A stretch of DNA of 64,000 nucleotides. Source: an uncultured Selenomonadales bacterium. GTDB lineage: Bacteria; Bacillota; Clostridia; Christensenellales; QALW01. Below the pieces are notes generated by a model. That model was given only the letters and a program-made list of their open reading frames with translations. It was not told the DNA's origin and ran no database searches. The position numbers and the translations under genes were made by a program. Location: NCBI GenBank assembly GCA_905200615.1, contig CAJKLB010000009.1:2143-66142 (forward strand), written 5' to 3'. This document shows, in pieces, positions 1 to 10,775 of the stretch; position 1 is the stretch's first letter, and every line of letters starts with the position of its first letter.

Positions 1-1
1 G

Positions 2-43
2 GATGTGCAACTGGATATTCTAAACCGAACGCAGCAGGGATAA
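2..43 (+). CDS. 3' end of a glycyl-radical enzyme (pyruvate formate-lyase-like), truncated by the window edge
   Basis: Frame 2 reads DVQLDILNRTQQG then TAA (41-43). This resembles the Q-x-D-V/I-I/L-x-R-T tail of PflB-type enzymes. It lies 3 nt upstream of an activase gene. Confidence 0.45.
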   Translation, partial: DVQLDILNRTQQG

Positions 44-46
44 AAA

Positions 47-811
47 ATGATTTATATTTCAAATATTCAACATTTTTCTGTGGGCGACGGGGAAGGAATT
101 CGAACTACGGTATTTTTTAAAGGATGCAATCTGCGTTGCCCGTGGTGCCATAATCCTGAAAATCTGTGTAAAGAAGTATCGATACTGAAGTACCCGAATC
201 AACAAAAAACAGAGGTCTGCGGATATCAAACATCAGCGCAAGCAATTCTGCCGGAACTTTTGGAAGACAAAAATTATTATCTGGCCAGTGGCGGAGGGGT
301 AACGCTTTCGGGGGGAGAGGTCATGCTTCAGGCAAGAGGAGCCGCGGAGCTTGCCAATCTGCTGAAGAACCATGATATTTCGGTACTTATTGATACCGCG
401 GGATGTGTGCCCTACCAATTTTTTAAAGAAATAAATCCATTCGTTAAAGGGTATCTTTTTGATTTTAAAACAGCAAGCGAAGAAAAATATAAAGAAATCG
501 GCGGAGATTTGAATCTTGTAACCGGGAATATAAAGCAGCTGCTTCAGGAAAACAGATGGATTCGTATCAGAATTCCGTTGATTCCGCATTTTAATATAGA
601 TGAACCATCAATACAGCAAATTTGCATTCATCTGAAAACACTTCATGTGAAAGAAGTGGATTTGCTTCCGTTTCATCGGTTAGGAAGTGCAAAATATGCG
701 GCTATGGGACTTTGTTACGCATACAAAGATGTTTTGCCTATCGAAAAAGATAAACTGGAAAAGATTCAACAGTATTATTCAAAATATTTTAAAATAAATA
801 TAGAAAGTTAG
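47..811 (+). CDS. pflA: Glycyl-radical enzyme activating protein (radical SAM, PflA-type)
   Basis: 254 aa. Has the CxxxCxxC cluster FFKGCNLRCPWCHNPE, then SGGGVTLSGGE and LLPFHRLGSAKY, collinear with PflA. It has no extra ferredoxin-like Cys clusters. Confidence 0.85.
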   Translation: MIYISNIQHFSVGDGEGIRTTVFFKGCNLRCPWCHNPENLCKEVSILKYPNQQKTEVCGYQTSAQAILPELLEDKNYYLASGGGVTLSGGEVMLQARGAAELANLLKNHDISVLIDTAGCVPYQFFKEINPFVKGYLFDFKTASEEKYKEIGGDLNLVTGNIKQLLQENRWIRIRIPLIPHFNIDEPSIQQICIHLKTLHVKEVDLLPFHRLGSAKYAAMGLCYAYKDVLPIEKDKLEKIQQYYSKYFKINIES

Positions 812-821
812 GTGGACGAGT

Positions 822-1916
822 ATGAAAGTAAAAGCAGCAGTATTTATGGGAGAAAACAAGAATTTTGAAGTTCGTGAATTTGAGGTGACAAAGCCGCCGA
901 AAGGATATGCGCAAATGGAACTTTTGGCAAGCGGCATTTGCGGCACCGATATACACATCCATAACGGTAAATTACCGTCGGCAGCCCCGGCGATTATAGG
1001 ACATGAATTTGTTGGACGTATAACAGATGTAAACAGTGAGGAGGCTGCCCAATACGGATTAAAACTGGGAGACGCGGTTATTGCCGATATCGCGGTACCT
1101 TGCGGAAAATGCGTTCTTTGCAAAAACGGGGATGACGCGAACTGTGTGAATATGCAGCTTACAAACAGCGGCAGTATCGATATACCCCCGTATCTGTATG
1201 GCGGCTACACGGAGATGAATTATACGCCGCTTGCGAATTTGATCAAAATTCCCGAAGAACTTGATCCGATTCTTGCGGCAACGTTCGCCTGTCCCGGACC
1301 TACGGTGATCCATGCTTGCTGTCTTGCGGAAAAGGCCGGAGTAGAACTGAGAAACATAAATACAGCGGTTGTTCAAGGGCTTGGACCGGTTGGCATCTTT
1401 GCGGTTATGTATCTGAAAAAAATGGGAATAAAAAAGGTATACGCGATTACACGCGGCAGTCATATCAAACGAGAAGAACTTACCCTGCTTTCCGGCGCCG
1501 ATCAAATCTTCAATCTGTCAAAAGAAGGAGCGGAGTCAATTACGGCTTTGTTAAAGAAAGAAAATGAGGGATTGGGAGTGGATTTATGTCTTGAAGCATC
1601 CGGCGCGCCGAACGCATTTGTGCAGGGAATGGATATTCTGCGTAACAGAGGTGTATATCTTGTTCCGGGTCAGTATAGTAATTCCGGGAGCATAGAAATT
1701 CAACCCCAAATGATTACGTTTAAAGCGCTTCACATCATCGGCTCCTCGCAGTATTCTGTATGCGATGTAAAAAAATATCTTGAATTTTTAAAGAATAATA
1801 AAGATTTGCATCCTATTATCAGTCAACTTGCAAATAAATATAACATCAGCCAGATCAATGAGGCAATCGCGGACGCAAAGGATAGAAATAATATAAAAAC
1901 ACTTTTGATCCAGTAA
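822..1916 (+). CDS. Zinc-dependent alcohol dehydrogenase (MDR family)
   Basis: 364 aa. Motifs GICGTDIHIHNG and GHEFVGRI, structural-zinc Cys set CGKCVLCKNGDDANC, and Rossmann motif VQGLGPVG. Confidence 0.85.
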   Translation: MKVKAAVFMGENKNFEVREFEVTKPPKGYAQMELLASGICGTDIHIHNGKLPSAAPAIIGHEFVGRITDVNSEEAAQYGLKLGDAVIADIAVPCGKCVLCKNGDDANCVNMQLTNSGSIDIPPYLYGGYTEMNYTPLANLIKIPEELDPILAATFACPGPTVIHACCLAEKAGVELRNINTAVVQGLGPVGIFAVMYLKKMGIKKVYAITRGSHIKREELTLLSGADQIFNLSKEGAESITALLKKENEGLGVDLCLEASGAPNAFVQGMDILRNRGVYLVPGQYSNSGSIEIQPQMITFKALHIIGSSQYSVCDVKKYLEFLKNNKDLHPIISQLANKYNISQINEAIADAKDRNNIKTLLIQ

Positions 1917-1994
1917 TCCTGTTAAATTTTATTGGATAAAATTCCTCATTTTTCAAATACTATTCCTGTAAACTGAAATAAAAGGAGACTATAT

Positions 1995-2537
1995 ATGAAA
2001 GCAACAGGAATCGTTAGAAGAATTGATGAACTTGGACGTGTTGTGATACCTAAAGAGATTCGGCGTACTCTGCATTTCAGAGAAGGGGATCCTTTGGAGA
2101 TTTTTACCGATAAAGAAGGCGGGGTAGTATTAAAAAAATATTCGTTGATGGGCGACATCGAGCAATATGCCAAAGAATTTGCGGAATCTATTTATCATAG
2201 CTTAGGATATACAACCGTCATCACGGATAAAGATAGTGTTCTTGCCGCTTCCGGACAGGGCAAAAAAGATTTTATGGGAAAAAATCTTTCGGAAGATATG
2301 CAGCGCAGAATAGAGACACGCAGAGGGGTTATGACGGATAAAAAGGGAAAAGAAGCGCCCATACCCATTATAGACCATGATGAAAATCAATATATATCTC
2401 AATGCATTTTACCTATTCTTGGCGGCGGAGATGTTCTTGGCGCTGTTGTTGTTGCATCCAATGAGGAAAGTTTAAATGATATTGCCTATAAAAACGCGGA
2501 AACAGCGGCATATTTTTTAGGATATCAGGCAGAATAA
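1995..2537 (+). CDS. spoVT: AbrB-family sporulation regulator SpoVT
   Basis: 180 aa. The N-terminus MKATGIVRRIDELGRVVIPKEIRRTL is a SpoVT/AbrB swapped-hairpin domain, followed by a GAF-like C-terminal region. RBS AAAGGAG lies upstream. Confidence 0.88.
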   Translation: MKATGIVRRIDELGRVVIPKEIRRTLHFREGDPLEIFTDKEGGVVLKKYSLMGDIEQYAKEFAESIYHSLGYTTVITDKDSVLAASGQGKKDFMGKNLSEDMQRRIETRRGVMTDKKGKEAPIPIIDHDENQYISQCILPILGGGDVLGAVVVASNEESLNDIAYKNAETAAYFLGYQAE

Positions 2538-2580
2538 AAAAAGGGTTGTTTCACTAAAATCAGTGAGACACCCTTTTTTA
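2535..2580. terminator. Bidirectional intrinsic terminator between spoVT and hup
   Basis: Hairpin GGGTTGTTTCACT / AGTGAGACACCC with one bulge, flanked by an A-run upstream and a T-run downstream. Confidence 0.7.
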
Positions 2581-2590
2581 TTTACAACTA

Positions 2591-2863
2591 TTATTGAATG
2601 GAATCTTTGAGAGCTTTACCGGCTTTAAATACAACAGCTTTGCTTGCAGGAATTTGAATGGTAGCGCCGGTGGCAGGATTTTTGCCGGTTCTGGCAGCAC
2701 GCTCTTTTACTTCAAAGGAGCCAAAGCCCATAATCTGAACTTTTTCACCGTTCTTAAGTGCTTCCTCAATAAGTTCAAGTACAGCGTTTACGGCTTTTTC
2801 TGCATCTTTTTTTGAGATCTCGTTTTTTGCAGCCAATGCATTGATTAAATCTGCTTTGTTCAT
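2591..2863 (-). CDS. hup: DNA-binding protein HU
   Basis: MNKADLINAL... GFGSFEVKERAARTGKNPATG. The ATG at 2863 is preferred because GGAGGA lies 7 nt upstream. The ORF-track start at 2878 falls inside that RBS. Confidence 0.92.
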   Translation of the reverse strand: MNKADLINALAAKNEISKKDAEKAVNAVLELIEEALKNGEKVQIMGFGSFEVKERAARTGKNPATGATIQIPASKAVVFKAGKALKDSIQ

Positions 2864-3066
2864 TTTAATTTCCTCCAAATAAATTGAAATTTATTCACTA
2901 ACACCGTAAAGTGATTAGTCACTGTCCCAATATTAGCACATTTTAATCTAAATGTCAACACCGCTATGAATAAAAGTACATGTTTTTTGCGATGTTTTTA
3001 ATAGAATATTACTAACTTTTATTTATTTTGTGATTTTATGTTGGCTTTGTGCTAAATCATGGATTT

Positions 3067-4386
3067 TTACGTTTTTTCTTTGCATTTGTTTTTTAAATCA
3101 TCTATAAAATCTTTTGTTTTCGCAAACAGTGTTACTTCCGGAGAAACTCCTGCTTTTCTGCACAGATGAACCAGTTGAAAAAGGATTTCTCCTAATAGTT
3201 GTTCCTTATCCTGCCGCAGACCGATACTGGCCAGTGCGGCTGTGATGTCGTTTATAGTCTTTTCTTCATCGGGACCGTTTATACCTTGTTTTGATGCTTT
3301 ATGCTGTATTTTTTCTGCGTAAGCTAAAGCGGGAAGCGTTTGGGGAACATCTTCCATTATTTCATTGAAAGATTGCAGATTTTTTTCTTTTCTTTTCATC
3401 TCTTCCCACGCGTCATTGATATTGCCTGTGTCGGCGCAGGCAGTAAAAACGGAAGGATGACGACGGATCATCTTTCGGCATATCGCGTCCGTTATATCGT
3501 AAAAATTAAATTCGCTGCATTTTTTTCCGATTTGCGCGTGAAAAACGACTTGGAAGAGCACATCGCCTAATTCATCATATAAACGATAGATATCTTCCTT
3601 ATCAATGGCTTCAGCCACTTCATAAGCTTCCTCGATCAAATAGGGACGCAGGCTTTTGTGTGTCTGTACCGAATCCCAAGGACATCCGTTTTGACCGCAT
3701 AGAATATCGGTAATCTGTAAAAGGTGTTTTTCGGTATATTTATATACTTCAGTTAATTCCACTTTTTTTAAAAAAATACTGGTTGTATGATTATAAAATT
3801 GCTGTCTGTCTAATTCAAAAAGTGGAAAACGCGCAGAAAAGCCGTTGCCTTCTGCATCTTCGGCATAAAAATCAATGAAAAAATCATCGCCGTATATTTC
3901 AGAGAGAATGCATTTAAGTTCACCGGCAATCAGACGGGAATCAATACAGACGATCAAATTGTTTGTATCACAAGACGGCAGAGAACCGTCAAGCAGCTGC
4001 TGACTTGTAAAATCTGTTCGCGGGCCGGATACTTTCAGGCAAGCTGCGGCGCATTCGGCAAGAGAAACGCCCGGCAGAATCTCAATCTCTTCCGGGTTTA
4101 AGAGGGACACAGAGGTGTCATCCAAGGCTGAACCATACACAATATAGCAACAATCTTGTGAACGCCTCAAAGCCACACAAATAAGCTTGTTAAGGTCATC
4201 AAAATCTTCCGCAGTTTCATAGAGCGCGTCAAAGGTGCTGTAAACAATATTATTCTTTTTTAAAAAAGCGGCAAGAGGCATTTTTTCTGTGCGCAAAAAT
4301 ACTGTTTGCGCATTTTTTATTTTGGCAAAGGCGGCAAGAGTAAGGTTTTCAGCTTTTCCCGCGCCGGCACCGATAATGGTTATCAT
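3067..4386 (-). CDS. mazG: YabN-type fusion: tetrapyrrole-methylase-like domain plus MazG nucleoside triphosphate pyrophosphohydrolase
   Basis: 439 aa. N-terminus MITIIGAGAGKAENLTL. The C-terminal MazG core has LIEEAYEVAEAI and ELGDVLFQVV. Confidence 0.85.
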   Translation of the reverse strand: MITIIGAGAGKAENLTLAAFAKIKNAQTVFLRTEKMPLAAFLKKNNIVYSTFDALYETAEDFDDLNKLICVALRRSQDCCYIVYGSALDDTSVSLLNPEEIEILPGVSLAECAAACLKVSGPRTDFTSQQLLDGSLPSCDTNNLIVCIDSRLIAGELKCILSEIYGDDFFIDFYAEDAEGNGFSARFPLFELDRQQFYNHTTSIFLKKVELTEVYKYTEKHLLQITDILCGQNGCPWDSVQTHKSLRPYLIEEAYEVAEAIDKEDIYRLYDELGDVLFQVVFHAQIGKKCSEFNFYDITDAICRKMIRRHPSVFTACADTGNINDAWEEMKRKEKNLQSFNEIMEDVPQTLPALAYAEKIQHKASKQGINGPDEEKTINDITAALASIGLRQDKEQLLGEILFQLVHLCRKAGVSPEVTLFAKTKDFIDDLKNKCKEKT

Positions 4387-4390
4387 AAAA

Positions 4391-6058
4391 TCACTCTCCT
4401 GGGTCGATCACACCAATTTTAATAAAAAGTTTTTCTAATTTTTTTCCGCCGGGCATCAGTTGAAGATCCTCTTTGTCAAAAACTTTAAAGAGAATTAATC
4501 CGGCAAAATAGGCAATAGCGGCAGCAAGAATGATAGCGGCGGCGATTATTTTAGCGAGCGCGCCTCCAGCAGCCAACTGCATAGCAAAAAGCGCTTTCAT
4601 TCCATAAATAACAACGGCCATAACGGCGGCTGCGCCGAGGGGGCGAAGAAACATTCGCTTGAAATCCAAACGCATCCGAGCGTGTTTTCTCACAAAAATT
4701 ACATCAAGCACCGCCGCGATTCCATAGCAAACGACTGTTCCCACCGGTACGCCGGTCATTCCGATATGCTGATTTGGAATTAAAACAAGGTTTAAAACAA
4801 TTTTTACGGCCATACCGATAGCCAGATTGATAACCGGAATACTTACCTTGCCCATTCCCTGCAGGATCCCTGCGGTGGTCTGTATAATCGAAAGAAATAA
4901 CACGCCGATGGAAAGTATTTGCAGAAACCCTACGGTTATCGCGATTTTTTCATCTGCGGTAAGTACCATGGAGCCATAGGTTTTGGTTTCATAAGTATAC
5001 AGCAGCAACAAAATTTCCCGCGCCATGGTGAAAAATCCAACGGAACAGGGAAGCCCGATAATCATGGAAAGCTTTAACCCCGTTTTAGAAATACGCCGAA
5101 CCTCTTTTTTATGGTTTGGCACAGCCAAAGCGTTGCTGATAGCGGGAACAAGCGCCATGGAAAGGGCTACAGTCAGTACGGTGGGCAAGTTAATCAGCGT
5201 TCCGCAATCACTTTTTAAATAACCGTAAAGCGCGTCAATATATTCGGAAACGTATCCGAAATTCTGTTGAAGAATGGATTTTACCATGACCGAGTCAATC
5301 GCGTCCACCAATGGTTTTACCGCGCCGCCGATCGTCATGGGAATAGCGATTTGCAGCAGACGCTTCATTACAAGGCGGGAGGATTTTTCAATTTTTGATT
5401 GTTCCAGATATGAAAAAATTTTCTTTTTATCATGCCGGTACATAATAAATATAACAATAAACGCAGCGGCTTCGGAGATCGTAATGCCGAAAAGTGCACC
5501 GGCCGCGCCCATGATATAATCATATTTATTATACCAAGAGATGGCAAAATAAAAGCCGGCAATGAGTTTTATCAGCTGTTCTACCAATTGTGTAATTGCC
5601 GTTGGATTCATATTTTGCATTCCTTGATAATAGCCCCGGAAAGCGGAGAGAACAGATACAAAGAAGAGGGAAAGTGAAATCGCGGCAATGGGTTCCCAAG
5701 AATCAATTTTTAATACTCCGGAAATCACCGGCGCGCCGATGAGCATTAAAGCCGATGTGATGCCGCCGATAATAGTTAGTATTTTTAAAGAGGAACGGAA
5801 TACCTGATGGGCACCGTTGAAATTTCCCTTGCTGCGCTGCTCGGCAACTAACTTGGAAATTGCCGTAGGAATACCGGAAGTGGAGAAGATAAGCAAAAAG
5901 GTATAAATCGGATATACCGCGGAATAAACCCCCATCGTTTCTTCTCCCACGATATGGCGCAGAGGGATTTTATAAACAGCGCCGATAATTTTGCATATTA
6001 AACCGGCAACGGCTAAAATTAAAGCGCCGTTCAAAAAAGATTTCTTTTTATCAGACAT
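4391..6058 (-). CDS. MOP-superfamily polysaccharide/lipid II flippase (SpoVB/YabM/MurJ-like)
   Basis: 555 aa with about 14 predicted hydrophobic helices. It sits next to mazG/yabN as in the Bacillus spoVT-yabM-yabN neighbourhood. Confidence 0.75.
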   Translation of the reverse strand: MSDKKKSFLNGALILAVAGLICKIIGAVYKIPLRHIVGEETMGVYSAVYPIYTFLLIFSTSGIPTAISKLVAEQRSKGNFNGAHQVFRSSLKILTIIGGITSALMLIGAPVISGVLKIDSWEPIAAISLSLFFVSVLSAFRGYYQGMQNMNPTAITQLVEQLIKLIAGFYFAISWYNKYDYIMGAAGALFGITISEAAAFIVIFIMYRHDKKKIFSYLEQSKIEKSSRLVMKRLLQIAIPMTIGGAVKPLVDAIDSVMVKSILQQNFGYVSEYIDALYGYLKSDCGTLINLPTVLTVALSMALVPAISNALAVPNHKKEVRRISKTGLKLSMIIGLPCSVGFFTMAREILLLLYTYETKTYGSMVLTADEKIAITVGFLQILSIGVLFLSIIQTTAGILQGMGKVSIPVINLAIGMAVKIVLNLVLIPNQHIGMTGVPVGTVVCYGIAAVLDVIFVRKHARMRLDFKRMFLRPLGAAAVMAVVIYGMKALFAMQLAAGGALAKIIAAAIILAAAIAYFAGLILFKVFDKEDLQLMPGGKKLEKLFIKIGVIDPGE

Positions 6059-6186
6059 GAGAGCACCTCAAAATATTTTCCTATGACGATTATATAACTT
6101 TTTGGCGTTTGTGTAAATAAAATTATCGTTTGCCACCATGGCCTGTTCTGTATTATAATATTTTATTATATTGTTAGGGGGAAAAT

Positions 6187-7512
6187 ATGAAAGATACTAT
6201 AGCGGCTATTGCGACGCCTGTGGGAAAAGGCGGTGTTGCTATTATTCGTATCAGCGGACCGGAAGCGCACACGTGTCTTGAAAAAATATTTTTTAATAAA
6301 AATATGGAACTGCGCCGGATGTATTACGGGGGTGTTTATGACAACGAAACACTGCTGGATCGGTGCTTATGTGTAAAATTCGATGTCGGAGCCTCCTATA
6401 CAGGAGAAAAAACGGCGGAAATTCAATGCCACGGCGGATATGCTTCGGCACAGGATATTTTAAATACTGTGCTGAAAAACGGTGCGCGTTTAGCCCAGAA
6501 CGGAGAATTTACCAAGCGCGCTTTTTTAAACGGAAAGATTGACCTTTCCCAGGCAGAAGCCGTGGGAGATATGATTGAAGCGGATACCCAAGGAGCGTCC
6601 CGTGCTGCTGCCAGATTGCTCAGCGGTGAATTGGGAAAAAAAATTAACGGTTTTCAGGAAGAATTGAAAGAACTGATTACCGAAATTGAGGCCGGTATTG
6701 ATTATCCTGATGAGATCGATGAACAACATACGGCTGATACCATACAGGAGAGAGTCAGACAGATGCTTCCGCAAATCGATGCGTTGATTGCAAGCTATTC
6801 CCGCGGAAAGCTTATAAAAGACGGATTGTCGGTATGCATCATCGGCAAACCCAACGCGGGGAAAAGCTCTTTATTAAACGCACTTTGCGGATGGGAACGC
6901 GCTATCGTTACGCCGATTGCCGGAACAACGAGAGATACGCTGCATGAAGTATTGGAATTAGCAGGCCTTAAGATTCATCTCTTTGATACTGCCGGAATGC
7001 GGAAAAGCGAGGATATCATTGAAAAAGCGGGGATCGCGCGGTCCTACAGTACGGCTCAAGAGAGTGATATGATTCTTTGTGTTACCGATTCCTCACAGGA
7101 AGATGACTTTCTTTGGTTAAAGGAGCAAAAAGAATTGATGCATAAAAAGGGGATGTTTCTTTTTAATAAATGCGATGTAAAGATTGCTCCTCAAAAGGAA
7201 TTGCCGTTTCCTTGGCCGCGTGAAGATATCAGTGTAAAAACAGGGAAGGGACTTCCGAACATTATTAATTTTATTGAAGCGTATGCGAAAGAAAGCAGCG
7301 CTTCGTCAGAATTGGCGATTACTTCAATACGTCATCTTGAGGCATTGAAAGCCGCAAAAGAGGCGTTGAACAGTGCTTTGGAGAATATGCCGCCCGATAT
7401 TCTCAGTATTGATTTAACGGAAGCGTGGATACAGTTGGGAACCATTACGGGGCAGAATGTCACCGAAGATATTGTAAATAATATTTTTGAAAAATTTTGT
7501 GTAGGGAAATAA
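6187..7512 (+). CDS. mnmE: tRNA modification GTPase MnmE
   Basis: 441 aa with G1 motif [18 protein letters not shown], and the C-terminal CVGK signature. Confidence 0.95.
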   Translation: MKDTIAAIATPVGKGGVAIIRISGPEAHTCLEKIFFNKNMELRRMYYGGVYDNETLLDRCLCVKFDVGASYTGEKTAEIQCHGGYASAQDILNTVLKNGARLAQNGEFTKRAFLNGKIDLSQAEAVGDMIEADTQGASRAAARLLSGELGKKINGFQEELKELITEIEAGIDYPDEIDEQHTADTIQERVRQMLPQIDALIASYSRGKLIKDGLSVCIIGKPNAGKSSLLNALCGWERAIVTPIAGTTRDTLHEVLELAGLKIHLFDTAGMRKSEDIIEKAGIARSYSTAQESDMILCVTDSSQEDDFLWLKEQKELMHKKGMFLFNKCDVKIAPQKELPFPWPREDISVKTGKGLPNIINFIEAYAKESSASSELAITSIRHLEALKAAKEALNSALENMPPDILSIDLTEAWIQLGTITGQNVTEDIVNNIFEKFCVGK

Positions 7513-7513
7513 T

Positions 7514-9388
7514 ATGGAATACAGCGGAGGAAAATTTGATATTATTGTTGCCGGTGCAGGACATGCCGGCTGTGAAGCGGCGCTTGCCTGCGCTCGCATG
7601 GGATTAAAAACCCTGTTGCTTACCCTTACAAAGGACGCGGTTGCTTTTATGCCGTGCAACCCGGCCATCGGCGGCACCAGTAAGGGACATCTCGTAAGGG
7701 AGATTGACGCTTTGGGCGGTCAGATGGGCATCAGTGCTGATCAGACAGCACTGCAGATGAAGATGCTGAATACCAGTAAAGGCCCGGCGGTTCATTCTTT
7801 GCGCTGCCAAGCGGATAAAATGGCATATCAGCTTTTTATGCGAAAAATATTGGAGAGACAGGAGAATCTTACACTAAAGCAGGATGAAGCTTCCGAAATT
7901 CTCACAAAAAGCGGCTGTATCGTGGGGCTGAAAACGGCAGTAGGAGCCGTATATCAGGCCAATGCCGTGGTCATTGCCGCCGGCGTATATTTAAAAAGCC
8001 GTATCATTACCGGGGAATGGGAGAGAGCCTGCGGCCCTTCCGGATTTATTAACGCGACATTTCTTTCGGATTCTATCAAATCACTGGGAATTCCGATGCA
8101 GCGGTTTAAAACGGGGACTCCTGCAAGGGTTGACGGAAATACGCTGGATTATGATAAAATGGAAATCCAAAATGGCGAGAATGTTCCTTATAGCTTTTCT
8201 TTCTTATCAAAAGAGGCTGTTCAGTCTCCCTGCCCGTGTTATTTAACATATACTAATGAAAAAACACATAAAATTATTTTGGATAATTTGCACCGCTCAC
8301 CGATGTACAGCGGCAATATCAAAGGTACCGGTACCCGATACTGCCCAAGCATTGAAGATAAAATCGTAAAATTTTCGGATAAGCCCCGGCATCAGCTGTT
8401 TGTGGAACCGGAGGGATTATATACTACTGAAATGTATCTTCAGGGACTTTCGTCTTCGCTTCCGGCAGAAGTACAGATTGAAATGATTCACACCATTTCG
8501 GGATTGGAACATGCCGAAGTCGTGCGCCCGGGCTATGCGATAGAATATGATTGCATTGATCCTACGGCGCTGTATCCTACATTAGGGGCGAAAGATATAA
8601 AAGGCTTATATTTTGCAGGACAAATCAATGGCTCCTCGGGGTATGAGGAAGCCGCCGCCCAGGGCTTGCTAGCAGGAATAAACGCGGCGCTTTTTGTAAA
8701 AGGCAAGGAGCCGTTGATTCTCTCGCGTGCAGAGAGTTATATCGGTGTTTTGATTGATGATTTAACGATAAAAGGAACGAATGAACCGTATCGAATGATG
8801 ACTTCACGAGCGGAATTTCGTTTAAAATTGCGTCAGGATAATGCGGATTTACGTTTGACGCCGATCGGTAAGAAAGTGGGATTGGTAGATGAAAAACGGT
8901 ATGCATGTTTTATAGAAAAAAGAAATCGACAGCAAGATGCCGCGGCAAAGTTAAAACAGCAAAAATTATCTTATGAGCAGACAAAAGAACTTTTTGCATG
9001 TAAAAATTTAGAAGAACCTGTGGCACCGCTCAGCGGAGAGGAACTTTTGCGGCGAAAGGAATTTTCTTATAACGAACTGCAGCGGATATTTTCCGAATTG
9101 CCGGAATTGACTGCGGCTGAAGCGGTCACGGTGGAAACCGATATTAAATATGAAGGATACTTAAAAAAACAGGAAATACAGATTGCCCAGATGCAAAAGC
9201 TTGAAAAAAAGCTGTTGCCGGAAAATATTGATTATCATGCGATTTTAGGATTGAGATTAGAAGCACGCCAAAAGCTGGCGAAGCAGCGCCCGGCTTCTAT
9301 CGGTCAAGCCAGCAGAATCAGCGGTGTTTCGCCTGCGGACATTGCCGTATTGCTTGTTGCGCTGGAAAAAGGTGAAGGCAATGGATGA
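7514..9388 (+). CDS. mnmG: tRNA uridine 5-carboxymethylaminomethyl modification enzyme MnmG
   Basis: 624 aa with FAD motif [12 protein letters not shown]. It starts 2 nt after mnmE. Confidence 0.95.
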   Translation: MEYSGGKFDIIVAGAGHAGCEAALACARMGLKTLLLTLTKDAVAFMPCNPAIGGTSKGHLVREIDALGGQMGISADQTALQMKMLNTSKGPAVHSLRCQADKMAYQLFMRKILERQENLTLKQDEASEILTKSGCIVGLKTAVGAVYQANAVVIAAGVYLKSRIITGEWERACGPSGFINATFLSDSIKSLGIPMQRFKTGTPARVDGNTLDYDKMEIQNGENVPYSFSFLSKEAVQSPCPCYLTYTNEKTHKIILDNLHRSPMYSGNIKGTGTRYCPSIEDKIVKFSDKPRHQLFVEPEGLYTTEMYLQGLSSSLPAEVQIEMIHTISGLEHAEVVRPGYAIEYDCIDPTALYPTLGAKDIKGLYFAGQINGSSGYEEAAAQGLLAGINAALFVKGKEPLILSRAESYIGVLIDDLTIKGTNEPYRMMTSRAEFRLKLRQDNADLRLTPIGKKVGLVDEKRYACFIEKRNRQQDAAAKLKQQKLSYEQTKELFACKNLEEPVAPLSGEELLRRKEFSYNELQRIFSELPELTAAEAVTVETDIKYEGYLKKQEIQIAQMQKLEKKLLPENIDYHAILGLRLEARQKLAKQRPASIGQASRISGVSPADIAVLLVALEKGEGNG

Positions 9389-10094
9389 ACTTTTATATAT
9401 GATAGATGCTTCTTTTGCGCGGAGCAATATCCGATTGACCGCGGAGCAAAAGGTACAATTTCAAATTTACTGTGAGTTTTTGCTGGAATATAATCAAAAA
9501 GTGAATTTAACAGCGATTACGCAGAAACAGGAAATTATTGATATGCATTTTATTGATAGTCTTGCCGGGACACATTTGTCTGAAATTTCAAACGGCGCGG
9601 TTTGTGCCGATATCGGTACAGGCGCTGGGTTTCCGGGAGTGCCACTGGCCATTGCACGGCCGGATATTCAGGTGGTACTGATTGACTCATTAAAGAAACG
9701 CTTGGTTTTTCTTGATGAATTAAAAGAAAAACTGAATTTAAAAAATGTATATACTTTACATGGCCGAAGCGAGGATCTGGCGCATGATAACCAATTACGC
9801 GAACACTTTGACTGCGTGTTTTCCCGTGCGGTGGCAAGGCTCAACGTGCTAAGTGAATATGTATTGCCTTTTGTAAAAAAGGGAGGCTATATGCTGGCAT
9901 GGAAAGGTCCTGCGTTTACCGAAGAACTGGAAGAGGCGAAAAATTCCTTAAAAATACTTGGTGCGGAAGTTGAAAATATTTATACGTCTGATGTGGACCA
10001 ACGGCAGCATTTTATTGTGGCCATAAAAAAATGCGGCATAACTCCGCTGAAATATCCCCGTCAAGCCGGGACGCCGAAAAAGAATCCTTTGTAA
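9381..10094 (+). CDS. rsmG: 16S rRNA (guanine527-N7)-methyltransferase RsmG
   Basis: SAM motif [15 protein letters not shown]. The ATG at 9381 overlaps the mnmG stop (ATGGATGA) and is preferred over the ORF-track start at 9324. Confidence 0.9.
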   Translation: MDELLYMIDASFARSNIRLTAEQKVQFQIYCEFLLEYNQKVNLTAITQKQEIIDMHFIDSLAGTHLSEISNGAVCADIGTGAGFPGVPLAIARPDIQVVLIDSLKKRLVFLDELKEKLNLKNVYTLHGRSEDLAHDNQLREHFDCVFSRAVARLNVLSEYVLPFVKKGGYMLAWKGPAFTEELEEAKNSLKILGAEVENIYTSDVDQRQHFIVAIKKCGITPLKYPRQAGTPKKNPL

Positions 10095-10100
10095 AATAGT

Positions 10101-10129
10101 TTGACTTTATATCTGCTTTTTGGTAGAAT
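10101..10129 (+). promoter_or_regulatory. Predicted sigma-A promoter for the hypothetical/ABC operon
   Basis: TTGACT (10101-10106), 17-nt spacer ending in TGG, then TAGAAT (10124-10129). Confidence 0.5.
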
Positions 10130-10166
10130 ATACTTGTTAGTTGTGTCAATTGTGAGGTAAATAAAA

Positions 10167-10709
10167 ATGATTTTTACATTAGGTACTACAGACGTTCGAA
10201 CCAAAACTTATAATAATTATGATGCTTTGGAAAGAGATCTGCTTTTATGCGAGGCCGGAAGCGTTTTTGCCGGGCAAAAAAAAGGTACGGAAAATGCTTG
10301 GAATATGATTGCCGTAACGGATCCGGATTCCGGAGAGTATTTTGGCCTTGGCCTTTTAACGGCAACCAATAAAGAACCGCATATTCTTTCTACGGAAAAC
10401 AATATGCTTTTTATCGGAGCGGATAATTTTGTGGTTGCCTTTGATATTGCGGCAAGACAGGTTCGGTCCATTATTCCTCTGCCCAGTGATTTTGTTGATT
10501 TTTTCTATATTGCCAACAAAGGCATGGTCTTTATGGTACACAAAAAAGGGGTGATCGTAAAGGATGATGAAGCGCAGGATATCTGGCGCGTTTCCAGAGG
10601 AAATATGTCAGGTTATTCGCTGGAAAAAAATCTGTTTGTAATGGAGCTTGCTTCCGGCAGAACGGTGGCGTTTAAAATCAGTAACGGTAAAGAAGTAAAT
10701 TTTAAATAA
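10167..10709 (+). CDS. Hypothetical cytoplasmic protein, no recognised domain
   Basis: 180-aa ORF. RBS GTGAGG lies upstream. It has no signal peptide and a beta-rich composition. Confidence 0.6.
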   Translation: MIFTLGTTDVRTKTYNNYDALERDLLLCEAGSVFAGQKKGTENAWNMIAVTDPDSGEYFGLGLLTATNKEPHILSTENNMLFIGADNFVVAFDIAARQVRSIIPLPSDFVDFFYIANKGMVFMVHKKGVIVKDDEAQDIWRVSRGNMSGYSLEKNLFVMELASGRTVAFKISNGKEVNFK

Positions 10710-10775
10710 TGATGAAACAGCGGACTCACTTTTTTGAGTTCGTTATTTTATATGACTTGTTAACGGAGGGAAAAT

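Noticed and set aside
1-1916. Possible novel glycyl-radical-enzyme pathway (activase plus Zn-ADH)
   Set aside because: The activase is a short PflA-type protein of 254 aa. It lacks the extra ferredoxin-like Cys clusters typical of dehydratase/lyase GRE activases. The truncated upstream C-terminus resembles PflB. Ordinary pyruvate formate-lyase is the simplest reading.
2864-2878. Longer N-terminal extensions in the ORF track for hup, rsmG, asnA, both sulfatases, rplS, pyrR, the helicase and the FAD oxidoreductase
   Set aside because: In each case an internal start has a properly spaced GGAGG-like RBS and restores the canonical N-terminus of the family. The longer start falls in an RBS, a promoter or an upstream gene.
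6059-6186. Divergent strand switch next to mnmE as a possible replication origin
   Set aside because: The gap is only 128 bp. I saw no TTATCCACA-type DnaA boxes. dnaA, dnaN, rnpA, yidC and jag are not present in the window.
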